From Camelus ferus (taxonomy: Eukaryota): a stretch of 64,000 nucleotides of DNA. The position numbers and the translations under genes are program-made. The stretch's first letter is position 1, and each line of letters starts with the position of its first letter. Where the stretch lies: positions 39,062,001 through 39,126,000 of the forward strand of contig NC_045697.1 in assembly GCF_009834535.1 (NCBI RefSeq). Reading direction: 5' to 3'. Positions 53,376-64,000 of the stretch are shown piece after piece. The notes beneath the pieces were generated by a model. The model was not told where the DNA came from. It made no database searches and saw only the letters and a program-made list of their open reading frames with translations.

Positions 53376-53847
53376 TCATCTCTGTCCATGTATGAAAAGT
53401 TGCCTGTAATAGACACCCCTCCTTAATGTATTGCCCAGCAATTGGAATACTTTGGTGACTCTTCCCTCTTACTCTAATCTCTGACTCTAGTCCCTGAGGA
53501 ACCTGTTGATCAGAGGACTATGAGCTTGCTACTAGTTATCATTATAGTTAGCTATTAATGAGCATTCTAGAGAAGATGGAATATTTAAAATTCACACAAC
53601 TTAAACTGAACTTGGCATGAGGCCCCTTTGTGTATTAAGAGAATACCTATATGATGTAGACATAGACCTATGTATATTATTGCATTACAATTCAGTTAAT
53701 GTAATTGAAATTTTAGAGAAGTGGAGTAAAATGTTTGTGTTTTATTTAGCAGATGCCAGTTTGTTTCTGGTATTTCCTATCATAGAAACAAGATGTTAAC
53801 TAGTAGCATTTTACTGCAAGTGAGAATAATACTTGTGGTTTTTACAG

Positions 53848-53922
53848 ATACGCAGTATGATGAGGATGATGATGATGAAATCCCCAAGATTTGTGGCAAG
53901 AGGCATGTTGGATTGTAGTCAG
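53848..53922 (+). pseudogene. POLR2B: psi-POLR2B exon 2 (frameshifted)
   Basis: TTTACAG|AT ACG CAG TAT GAT GAG GAT...GAA ATC CCCAA GAT TTG TGG CAA GAG GCA TGT TGG ATT GTA; QYDEDDDDEI and DLWQEACWIV are out of frame; TAG at 53916-53918 in the entering frame. Confidence 0.92.
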
Positions 53923-56519
53923 GTAGCTTTTTAGACCAAACTGAATAAGCTTTAAAAGTCACTGCAACATGTACAAGGATTTCCTGCTTATTCTGTTCTT
54001 GAAAATTAGAAGTTCTATATAAGTATGCTACTATGAGAGCTGGTTTCTCACTTAATTATTTAAATATTTAACTTTAACATTTGAAGTATTTTGGACCTAT
54101 GGAAAAGTTACACAAAGAGTTCATGTATACATTTCACTTAGATTCCCTGAATGTTAACTTTATACTATGTTTTGTCTTTTTCTTTCTCTACATATTTTTT
54201 TTCTGAAACATTTGAGGGTAAGTTGCTTATAGAAGAACATTCTTTTATGTAATCATTAAGTCATCAAAATCAGGAAATTAATATTAATGCAATGATCTTA
54301 TTTAATTTGAAGACCTTATCCAAATTCTTCCGATTGTCCTACTGATATTTTTTATAGCAAAATTTAAAAAAATTTCTTTGTTCCTGGATCCACCATGAGA
54401 TCACATATTGCATTTAGTTTTCATGTCATTTTTTTATCTCTTATAATCTACATAGTTATAGTCTACAACAGTTTCTCAGTCTTTTTCTGTTTTTTTTTTC
54501 TTTTTTTTGGTTTTTTTTTACTTTGATGTTTTTGAATAATACAGGCCAGTTACTTTTTTAGAATGCTTCTCAGTTTGGGTTAGTCTGATGTTTCCTCATA
54601 GTTAGATTCAAATGATTGCTTTTGGCAACAGTAAATTTTCTGCTCTCAGTGCATTTTATCAGGAAGCACATGATGGTTATTTGTTGCATTAATGGTGCTG
54701 TTAATTTGATTCCTTAGTCTTCTCATGATTTTCAATAGGTTAAGTTACAATAAGTTATAGTATTTCAACCCAAATTCCCATCCAATTTGAAGTTAATTAA
54801 ACTGTAATAAAACTCGATAAGAAGCTTTACATATAGGTAAGAAAAGTAACTTTTGAGTAATAAAGTTAACATCCCACTATGTTAGGAATAAAATGCTATA
54901 ACTTCCCCTCTTACGAAACTGACAGTTGCTTTGTTTATATTAACATGATGCCTTGAGCCCCACCATCTCCAGGATGCACATTCTCTTGGATGACCCTCTC
55001 TCCCTTTTCAAACAACACATGCTTCTGAGATTCTCTACCAATTGTACTTGGAGTATAAGTGAATCTTTCTTGAACACTGTTTTGTTAAAGTGTTGAGTTT
55101 TGGGGATGTGAGTACCTATCTATTTTCCCTATTAAACACATTTTTATCTTCTATGGTGTTTCAGTATTAAACACCAAGAGGAGTTTTATTAGGAAACAAT
55201 AGCCAAGTAGATGTTCTGTGGGGTATCCCTATATTCTGTGATATTCAGGGAGAGAGAATATTTGATCTGTGCCAAAAGAGAATTATTTTCAACATATGTC
55301 ACAGGTTGCTTGAGGATAGAATACTCTATTTGAACAATCATTGCACTTAATATTTGTTACAGAATAAATGACTAGATGTTTATACTTTAATTGACTATAG
55401 TTGCTTTGGCTATTGTGATGTGACATTTTGTTTTTTCACTATTAACATCAAGTGATCTTTCCCAAACAATATGAATGTGATACCATTTAATATCACCAGT
55501 GACTTCAGTAAAATGACTTCTTGTACAACAGGCACAATAGAAGATACTATAAATATGAGCTATTCATATAGTCAGTTGTTTAAAGGATAGCATTCTAATG
55601 AAGTACTACCTTTCTACTGATTTTAGGGCAAGTAGCTATGGTTCATCTTCCTGGGAGAATGAAACTTGTCCATAGTTTTGTAAAGATTTTTCATTATAAA
55701 TGGTCCATAAAAACCATTGCTAGTTTATCTTACAGACAGTGCCTTCCATATTCTTCTTACATATCAGTGGGTGACTTAAATGGTTTGAGAAATTTCTTTC
55801 TTGTTAGCTCACAGTCTCTACTGAAGGAAATTGCCCCCATCATTCTTGAGGCTGTACCTTTTCCAGGGATGATTGTGTTTTGTATTCTCCACCATAGGAC
55901 CTAATTTCTAATATTGGTGGCCATGGTTGATTGAATCAGGGTGGACCTTGACCCAAAGCTAGCCACTCTATAGACAGGCCAGTAACCTATGAGGTGATCT
56001 GATGATGCCAAATTGGGAGGCTGATGATTATTTGGGCTATGCACGTTGTCTCAGAAAATTGATGTGAGGTTGGGGGAGTCAGTTACTAGGGAGATAAGAG
56101 TAAAAACCAAGTCCAGCCATGCAGCTGTTCCTGGGTGATGGTGTGGGGAGAGATGCCTTTTGCACTTATATCTACTTGTATCTTTATTATATATTTCCTT
56201 ACCCATCCCTCACATGAACAAGTGTCTATTCCTTATAAACAATGCATCTACACTCTTTTAGATTCTCCATCCTTCCTTAGGGCTTCACTATGTGATTTCT
56301 TTATCCACGCTACTAGCTCTGATCGCTCACCCTTGCTCCATTTGTTGTCATCAGTCATTTGCTGAATACTTTCACTTGAATGACTTATTCACATCTTACC
56401 TTTAACATACTCAGAATAGAATAATTTTAACCTAAAATTGAAATTCTTATACATTCCTTATTTTAGTCATTGATGTCATTATCCTCCCTCTCATTCGAGT
56501 TAGAGTTCTTATTTTTATT

Positions 56520-56870
56520 TTTTTTTAAAATCCCTTTTTAAAATGATATGTTTCAGGAATACAGCATCATATACAGTTTAATATCTGCATATACAACAGA
56601 GTGATCACCACCACAGTCTAGTTACTATCCATCACCATACAATTGGCCACCTTCACTCGTTTGGCCTACTTCTCAACCCCCTTCTCCTCTGGTCACCACT
56701 AATCTATTTTTTATATCTGTGGGTTTATTTTTCTGTTCTTCTGTTCATTGGTTGGTTTGGGCTTTCTGGCTTTTTTAAGATTCCACATATGAGTGAAATC
56801 ATGTGTTATTTATCTTTCTCCATCTGACTTATTTTACTCAGCATACTAACCTAAAGGTCCACCCATGTTG
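56520..56870 (-). mobile_element. L1MA-type 3' fragment
   Basis: GTGATCACCACCACAGTCTAGTTACTATCCATCACCATAC...GATTCCACATATGAGTGAAATC. Confidence 0.7.
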
Positions 56871-57260
56871 TACTTACTTTTGTATTTGACTATGCATTTT
56901 CTTTAGTTTTCTCTCCTGACATTGTTTTTAGAGAAATGTTTCAAAGAGTTTGGATGAAATTGATCATTGAAATTTGAATGGACATTTGTAAATTAGAACT
57001 TTCTTATAGTTCTTAAGTTCTGCTTTAAATATTTTACCAATAAGTCTCATTTCCTCAAACTTAACAAAAAGTTCTACAAAGAAAGTATTCTTAGTCTCAT
57101 CCCTTTTTTGGATACCTTATAGTATTTTATGTAGTGATGGGTATAGAGTGTTTCGCTTGTAATGATTAGTGTTTGTTGACTTTCATGATAATGAAAATGG
57201 GGAAGTGTGCTAGCAAAATCACTGAGTTGTAACTGATTATGAACTCAGGTATTTTCTCAG

Positions 57261-57394
57261 TTCCCATTTTGATGTCAGACAACAGCTGTATTCTTTGGAT
57301 GAACAGATATCTGTTCAAAGAATTGTGGAAGTTGCTCCACCTATAGACTTAGAAGCTGCAGCTCAACATGCTCGTTGGAGAAGTTGAAGAACTG
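57261..57394 (+). pseudogene. POLR2B: psi-POLR2B exon 3 (deletions and frameshift)
   Basis: [38 protein letters not shown] versus RPB2 [50 protein letters not shown]; +1 near 57375 gives TGG AGA AGT TGA; donor CTG|GTAAGA. Confidence 0.93.
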
Positions 57395-58516
57395 GTAAGA
57401 CAAGTAATTCTGATAAAGTAACAAAAGTGAAATAAGGGTATTGATTTGAAATTTAAAAAAAGAAAAAAAAATTAGTAGATGTTTTTAGCAGTGTACTTCC
57501 AACATCGTCAATCAACAACTAATTTATTCTATCTAATGGAGAGATACATTTTTGCAAGTAATGCAAAACCCTAATCCTTATTCAGATAGTAGGTATTTAA
57601 TAGCTGGGAACAGAGAACGCAGAAATATGATGAACTACTAAGAGAAGCAAGCCAGAAATAGTTATATTGTTTCAGAAATCCCCAGTTTTTTCTTTCACAG
57701 TGTAAGGAGTCATAAAAAGAAAAGTATGTAAAGTACTTTTCTCTTGATTATTTGTTGCATTATCACAACAATATAAGAAATAATGAGAGAATCACCCAAA
57801 CATACCAGCTATTTTAATTTTTCTAGGTTCATTGTACTCTTTCTTTTCACATATGCATGTTTTTAGTGTTGTTAAAATCATAGCAAGGATATAATTTTAG
57901 AATCTAGTTTTACATGAGTGATTGTAAAGAAGCATGTAGTCCAGAGTAGTGACTGTCCCCTTATTTGAGAGGTAATGGGCCTTGAGAGACAGGAAAAACT
58001 GAACAACAAAGTGGTGCGGGGAGAGCCCCAGAAGTAGAGTTAGAGGGAGAGGTCATTATTCCTAGCCAGTTCAGTCCCTCTTTTCTGTAACTAAGCTTGT
58101 AACAGCTGGTGTATTATTCTCATTCTGGCTGGAGGTGCTGCATAGGCTTTTGCTGTTAAGAACAAAAGTCATTGGGTCTTCTGGCACTGCGTTGGAAAAG
58201 TGGGTATAAAAATGTCTTTTTTTATGCTTGATGACATTTTCTCTTCATGATTTTTGCAAAACAGGAGTGATAAATATTGTAATGTAGCATATTCAAAATG
58301 CCAGTATCATAAGCACTGTTGGAGGAAGAGATCTCTCACGTGGGATATCAGAGCCTAGAGGAAAAGATGGGAGAGACTTAAACTGACCATGAGGGGTAGG
58401 GTAGAACTTAGTACAGAAAAGATTCTTAATCATTTCAGCAAAAAGTACTTGGTATATTTGGCTTGGGGATGGATTGGTGACTACAACAGTCAGTATATGT
58501 TATTTGGTCTGATCTG

Positions 58517-58690
58517 GTTTTTTTGTGGGGGGTGAGGGGGGTAATTAGGCTTTTTTTGTTTTGTTTTGTTTTATGAGGGGGAGGTAATTTGGTTTATTTA
58601 TTTATTTATATTTGGAGGAGATACTGGGGATTGAACCCAGGACCTCATGCATCCTAAGCACACACTCTACCACTGACCTATATCCTCCTC
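58517..58690 (-). mobile_element. tRNA-derived SINE (vic-1-like)
   Basis: ACTGGGGATTGAACCCAGGACCTCATGCAT...CTCTACCACTGACCTATA. Confidence 0.85.
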
Positions 58691-59268
58691 CGCTGTTTTT
58701 GACAGGTGTTAGGGGGAGATAAGAAGTCAGCTAGGGTCCTTGGAATACTCAGTCCCTTGAGGAGAATAGTAATTAGGATTTTCTGTAAATTTAATTGAAG
58801 TGTTAGGTCTATTTTTTCTATGTTCTGTTGATTAGATGAGAGCATGTTTCTTGTTATATGAATTTATCTTTTCTTTGTTTTCTGGACTCTGTACTTCTGA
58901 CCTGAACTAAGAAGAGGGCACATGAAATGGCTATACAGATCATTAATGCAAATCCATTTTAATTATTTCATATAAACTCAGAGCATATGATACATGCAGT
59001 CTTTATTTACTTGTGATAAATTAACTTTTTTTCTTACACCTTAAGAAGGTGATGAAGTATAAAACTTAACATCTTTGGAATATAGATGTTGACTTTGCAG
59101 GGTTACCCGTATTAGTAAAGTGGATTAATTTTGCTAGTTTCTAGAACTTCTACTCAAAATGCTGATTGATTAAACTGAAATCATCAGAACCTTTATGAAA
59201 AAAAGTTATTTACCCTTTTCATGTCTTTTTTTTTTTGCATTTTTTTCATAATAGAAAATAAATTTGCA

Positions 59269-59430
59269 GGGGAGGGTATAGCTCAAATGATAGAATGCAT
59301 GTTTACCATGCAAAAGGTCCTGGATTCAATCCCCAGTACCTCCAAAAAAAAAAACCTAATAATAAATGAATAAATAGACCTAATGACCTCCCCCAAAAAA
59401 TAAAATTAAAAAAAATTTAAATTTAAAAAA
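59269..59430 (+). mobile_element. tRNA-derived SINE (vic-1-like)
   Basis: GGGGAGGGTATAGCTCAAATG...GGATTCAATCCCCAGTACC plus A-rich tail. Confidence 0.88.
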
Positions 59431-60052
59431 TAAAATGAATTTTATTTTATTTTATTTAATTTTTTATTGAAGTGTAGCTGATTTACAACGTTAGGTTCAG
59501 GTATACAGCTAAGCGACTGTTACACATACATATATGATTTCTCGGGCTGGTCTCCTGCATTAGCAGGAGGGGCAAGAACACCCTATGACCTTACCATGTG
59601 AACAGTTTTATACATGACAAGACCCATACACAAAACCTGTGGCTGATTTGGAGGAAGTACAGAGTACCCTCGACTTGCAGCTGCTAATCCGACAGGTCAA
59701 CCAATAGCAGGGGACTGAACTCCTGGCCTCTAGGGGTACAGTGTGCTCTGCCTTGGGAGGAATAGCCAGCTTGGTGCTTGTCAAGGCTTCACTGCCCAAC
59801 CCCAGGCAGCTTGACCTCTCAGGCTGATTCTGTGTCTAGATGGTGTGTTCTGGACCCAACATGGGGCTAGTTTTAAAGGTTACCCCTGTGGTATCTCAAA
59901 CCAGCTTGGGTTCTGGGAGATATAGGGTGGAAAATGCCAGAGGCCCAGGATGTGCACCAGGGGCTAGAGGCCAAATCCTGGCCGTTTGGGTGAGTATACT
60001 CTGACATGGTCCAGCAGAGTCCTGCGTACCAGGGCCTTGCTAGACCTAGGTG

Positions 60053-60084
<32 letters not shown>

Positions 60085-60684
60085 ATAGTTGTTTGTTTTG
60101 GGCTCCAACTTCCTGCAGTATCGATTTCTGTCAGTTTGTTTTTTTAAAAAAAAGCACTTTGAATAAATAACAGGGGCTGGGATGAAAATAAAGTAAAATA
60201 GGGAGACATAAAAATTGTTTTGTTTTTATATAACTTTAATTTTCACTCAGGGTTAAACAAAGTACTCTTCAGAATGAAGAAATCCCAATGGCTGGGAGGG
60301 AGTTTGGGAGCTGGGCGAGAAGCGATGGTAGCCTTGGAGTTGCAGACCCAACCCTATGTTATTGGAGGCTCTTGGTTGCATCTACAGGCTTTAAAACACC
60401 AAGAAAGAACATAGAGGAGAGGTGTACCTTTTTGTTATAAACTAACTGGGTTCCTGAAAAGTTATATGAAAAATTTCTAAACTGATTCCTATTCACAATG
60501 CAGTAGGTGAACCTTCCAGAAAACCTTCACTAGAAGGTTTTATAAAGCAAGGCCCTTGCAGGGGCAGGATTAAGGTAAGGCAAGTAAGGAGTGTCAAAAA
60601 ACCCAGCAATCAGAATGAATAATATAATAATGTAATATTCTAGCAAATCAAAATTAGTGCAAAAAATCCCAAGTGAACAAAAGA

Positions 60685-61115
60685 ACAAAATCACACCATA
60701 TACAAATACTAATTCAAAGTGTATCAAAAACCTAAATGTAAGAGCTAAAATGATAAGTCTTAGAAGAAAAGAGGTGCAGATCTTCATGACCTTGGATTTG
60801 GCAATGGTATGTTATGTGTGCACCAAAACCCATAAATGACAGGAAAAAAAATTGGTAAGTTGGATTTCATCAAAATTAAAAACTTTCATTAGTCAAAGGA
60901 CATTATTTTTTTTTTGACAAAGGACACTATCAATATAGCAAAAAGAGAAAACAGAAAGAGAGAAAATATTTCCAAATCATATATTTGATAAGGGACTTGT
61001 GTCTAGAATATATATAGAATTCTTAAAACTCAACAAAAAAGACAAATATCATAATTAAAAAGTGAGCAAAGAATTGGAATAGACATTTCTCCAAAGAACA
61101 TAACACAGATGGCCA
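60685..61115 (+). mobile_element. L1 ORF2 fragment
   Basis: TCACACCATATACAAA...AAAATTAAAAACTTT...AATAGACATTTCTCCAAAGAA. Confidence 0.8.
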
Positions 61116-61624
61116 ATATTTGCTCTGTGCAGAACCCTGTACCAGTTACACATACATTAAATATCCAAGATTCAGGGAGATGGAATGGAATAAACCTTAC
61201 CCTCAACAGTGACTCCACTCCTCCCTTAGTGAAATTCATCTTTGCCTCAGAGGAAAGGAGCCATGTGACAACAGATATTCAACAGGGAACAGTGATAATT
61301 GATACATTGCTGAGTTTATTCCAACACAGGTCATCCTCACAATAACTCAAGTGGCCAAAGCCAAAAACACGGATTTTTTGTTGTTTTACTTACTAGTCAC
61401 TGCCTGTGGCTTTCTCCCACATCTCACCGTGGAAAATGTGGGTTAACAAATTGTATGCAAAGAAACACAGAAAAAGAGAGAAAGGGAAAATGAAGTTCAT
61501 CTAGTGTGCAGTTGAAGGTGTTTTATCCAGTTTCTCTTCTGTAAGCTGCTCCGTCAGCTTGGTCCGCTTCAAATTACTTTAATATCATGGCCATCTTCCC
61601 TGCAAATTGAACAACCCCATAAAA

Positions 61625-64000
61625 ACACATTTATTATTAAATTTCCCCCTCTACCCCTCCTGAGTTTTTGTGGCTGGACTAATAATAAAATGGACATAAA
61701 ACAGATTAAAAGGAGGAAAAGAAATTTAATAATGGCACACAGAGGTCTTGTAGAAATGGGGCCTAGTAAGTGGCCAAAGCGGGCAAGCTTCATACTTTTT
61801 AGAATAAGAAACAATAAATCTGTGAGGAATTGACAGGGAAAGAAACTTATGCTTTGGGTGCTTAATTAGTAAAGAATCTAAACAGAGTTTTGGCTCAGGG
61901 TAGTAAATTAAACTAACAAAGCTTGTTTATACAGGCTTTTCAGCTCTGAATTCTGTTAGGTGATAAGAGTGTCCTCCCTCCAGATGCAGGGAGTGAACCT
62001 TTCTTATGAGAGGTTTATTTCCTGCTCTCAGGGAGACAGAGAGGAGGGTCAAAATGTCCCTCTTGCACTGGATCTTTCTTAAGTAACTTTAATTCAAAAT
62101 AATTAATATGCCATTGAGGCATATTTTGGGGTGCCCTTCCCTGGGCCTCAACAGTTACTTCCTTTGAAACTTCCCTGGAAGTTTCACATATTAAAAGTTG
62201 AGCTGATAGTGTTTTCCATCTCATTGAACCAGTCTCTTAGACTTGACAATAGGTCAGTTCAGTTAAACTTATTTCTGGAGATGGTAATGCAGATGGGTTC
62301 CCAAAGTCGGGCCTATGGTGCAAGCAATCATGTATTTAATAAGAAGCATATCTATGGAAACAAAATAAAACAGAAGTTAATGATTGGAGCAGATTGTAAA
62401 CCCACTTCTGAGCCCAGAGGGCAGTCAGTTAAGATTTCTAGATGTTAGAGTTGAAGGATCTTTTGCAATTTGAAATATCTGATGATGTCATCAGGTGTTT
62501 AGGTAAACTTTCTGGCTCATACAGCAACAGGCACAAAGGTTGTTTACATATGAGCTGTTGCAGCAATTTCCCTTAAGTTTGTATCAAGTTGTCTAGCTTC
62601 AGTTTGCAGAGCTTCAGGAAAAGAAGGGCAATTTTAGTTCTCAGTGATTCCAAATCAAAAGAATAGGAGAAGTTTGGAAAAGTTAGTTTGGAGAGTCATA
62701 GCTAGACACTAGAGAATACTAGAAGAATTGACGATACAGTCTAGTTTACAGGTAAATAACAAAAACCTCAAAGACAATGAACAGAACTAGGATCTGGTAT
62801 CTACAAGTGTGTATTTTAGTTTCTGCCGAAACACAGTTTTCTCTCTGTAATTACCCCCGGTTTTTACCAAAGGTAGCCAAATTAGACTAATCTGTTTGCA
62901 AAAGAAGTCTAGATTCAATAAACTTGGCCTGGTTGTTTACATAAGTACAGTAAGAATAGCGATTGACCATATAGGCTGTTTTAAATCTGCTTTGCTGGAA
63001 CTTCTTATAAGGAATCTCAGATTATATTTTCAATAGCCTCTCAAGGCTAAGAAACAAAGCCACACATTCACCATCAGCCTTTGCCTGCAATAGGCACAGA
63101 TTTGGGTGAATTCCTCTCTTCATGAGGTCCCCAAAATATCCTCAGTGTCCTGGGCCTGCCAGGAAGTAACCTTCCTTACTCACCTAGTAAGGCTGCTGTG
63201 AGCCCTGAAAGCTGTTTTTCTAAGGAGCTTTATTGACTCTGTAAAGTCAACCTTTGTTTCTCAAAGCTGTCTGGTCATATCTGAGTCTATGCATCTCTGT
63301 CAAATATGACATTCCAGTCAAAGCTTTGATAATATGATCAGTGTTTCCAGTTGTGTCCTGTTATAAGGAGAACAGATTCTTACTAAACGTACGCAAATAA
63401 CTCTATTGCCAAGAAAATAAGAATACTCACTGATAGTTTCTGAATTCTGGAGGAATCCAGAAGAGAGAAAAAGATAAATGATTCAATTCTGCTTACAAAA
63501 GTATATTGTACCAAACTGCTCTAAGTCATAGTAAGTGTAAGAGAAAAGAGAAGTGTTTTCCTTAAATCTGGAGAAACAAAACATTTAGGAGAACAGCAAT
63601 GTTTCAAATTTTAAAAAATCATAAAACATTATAATTATCTCTCTCAGTTTATTTAGTCATATGTAATTAATTCTTGCTTCGCTTGATCTTTTGTTAGAAA
63701 TTTTATGAAGCCATCAGTTTCTCCATTAGAGTTCTGTGAATTCTTACCCAGGTATGATTTGAAAGTCATCAGAAACTTATATTCTAGCATATTTGTTAGA
63801 TTCCTTTCCATGAATTTCCCTGAAGATAAAACACTTTTTTGCAGGAAGCTTTTGTAAAAGCATCTGCATGAAACAATAACTGTGTATAAATGATAAAAGA
63901 CTTTAAAATGTCCATTATTAAAGATTTGATTCATTATAATGGAACTGATAAGGAAATTTGGTTATCTCTGAGACACATCATTTTAAGATAATAACTAGAA
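61625..64000 (-). mobile_element. Decayed ERV1-like element: 3' LTR (about 61625-62153) and internal sequence running off the window
   Basis: Minus-strand LTR start TGTTGAGGCCCAGG...CCCCAAAATATGCC; internal part resembles non-coding MER4-group interiors; no long ORF. Family assignment is from memory. Confidence 0.55.

Larger units (their letters stand above)
48347..57394 (+). pseudogene. POLR2B: POLR2B (RNA polymerase II subunit RPB2) unprocessed pseudogene, coding exons 1-3
   Basis: Three spliceable segments matching the RPB2 N-terminus, with start loss, frameshifts and deletions. Confidence 0.92.

Noticed and set aside
36639..57394. Lesions as long-read sequencing errors
   Set aside because: They include nonsense and missense substitutions and multi-codon deletions, and the neighbouring REST CDS with several A-runs is clean; still worth confirming with reads.
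1..64000. CRISPR arrays, operons or other prokaryotic systems
   Set aside because: Sequence is mammalian; no regularly spaced repeat-spacer pattern seen.

Overview
Mammalian genomic DNA, very probably camelid (several tRNA-Ala-like 'vic-1'-type SINEs), covering the conserved REST-NOA1-POLR2B block. REST (+) is intact: CpG-island non-coding first exon(s), coding exons 9998-10892, 15361-15444 and 21289-23222 (970 aa, nine C2H2 fingers), the neural exon-N cassette at 20357-20418, and a long 3' UTR. The main result is that both downstream neighbours are dead although still intron-containing and at their syntenic position. NOA1 (-, all 7 exons recognisable) has about a dozen frameshifts, stops and splice-site losses plus broken zinc-binding and P-loop motifs. 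POLR2B (+, exons 1-3 visible) has lost both N-terminal ATGs and is frameshifted in exons 2 and 3. RPB2 is indispensable, so a working copy must lie elsewhere, implying a lineage-specific duplication or relocation. The CpG island between the two pseudogenes is still present. Repeats include a near full-length Tigger2, nested Tiggers, L1 fragments and an ERV at the right end. Comparisons with human orthologues are from memory, not from an alignment run here.
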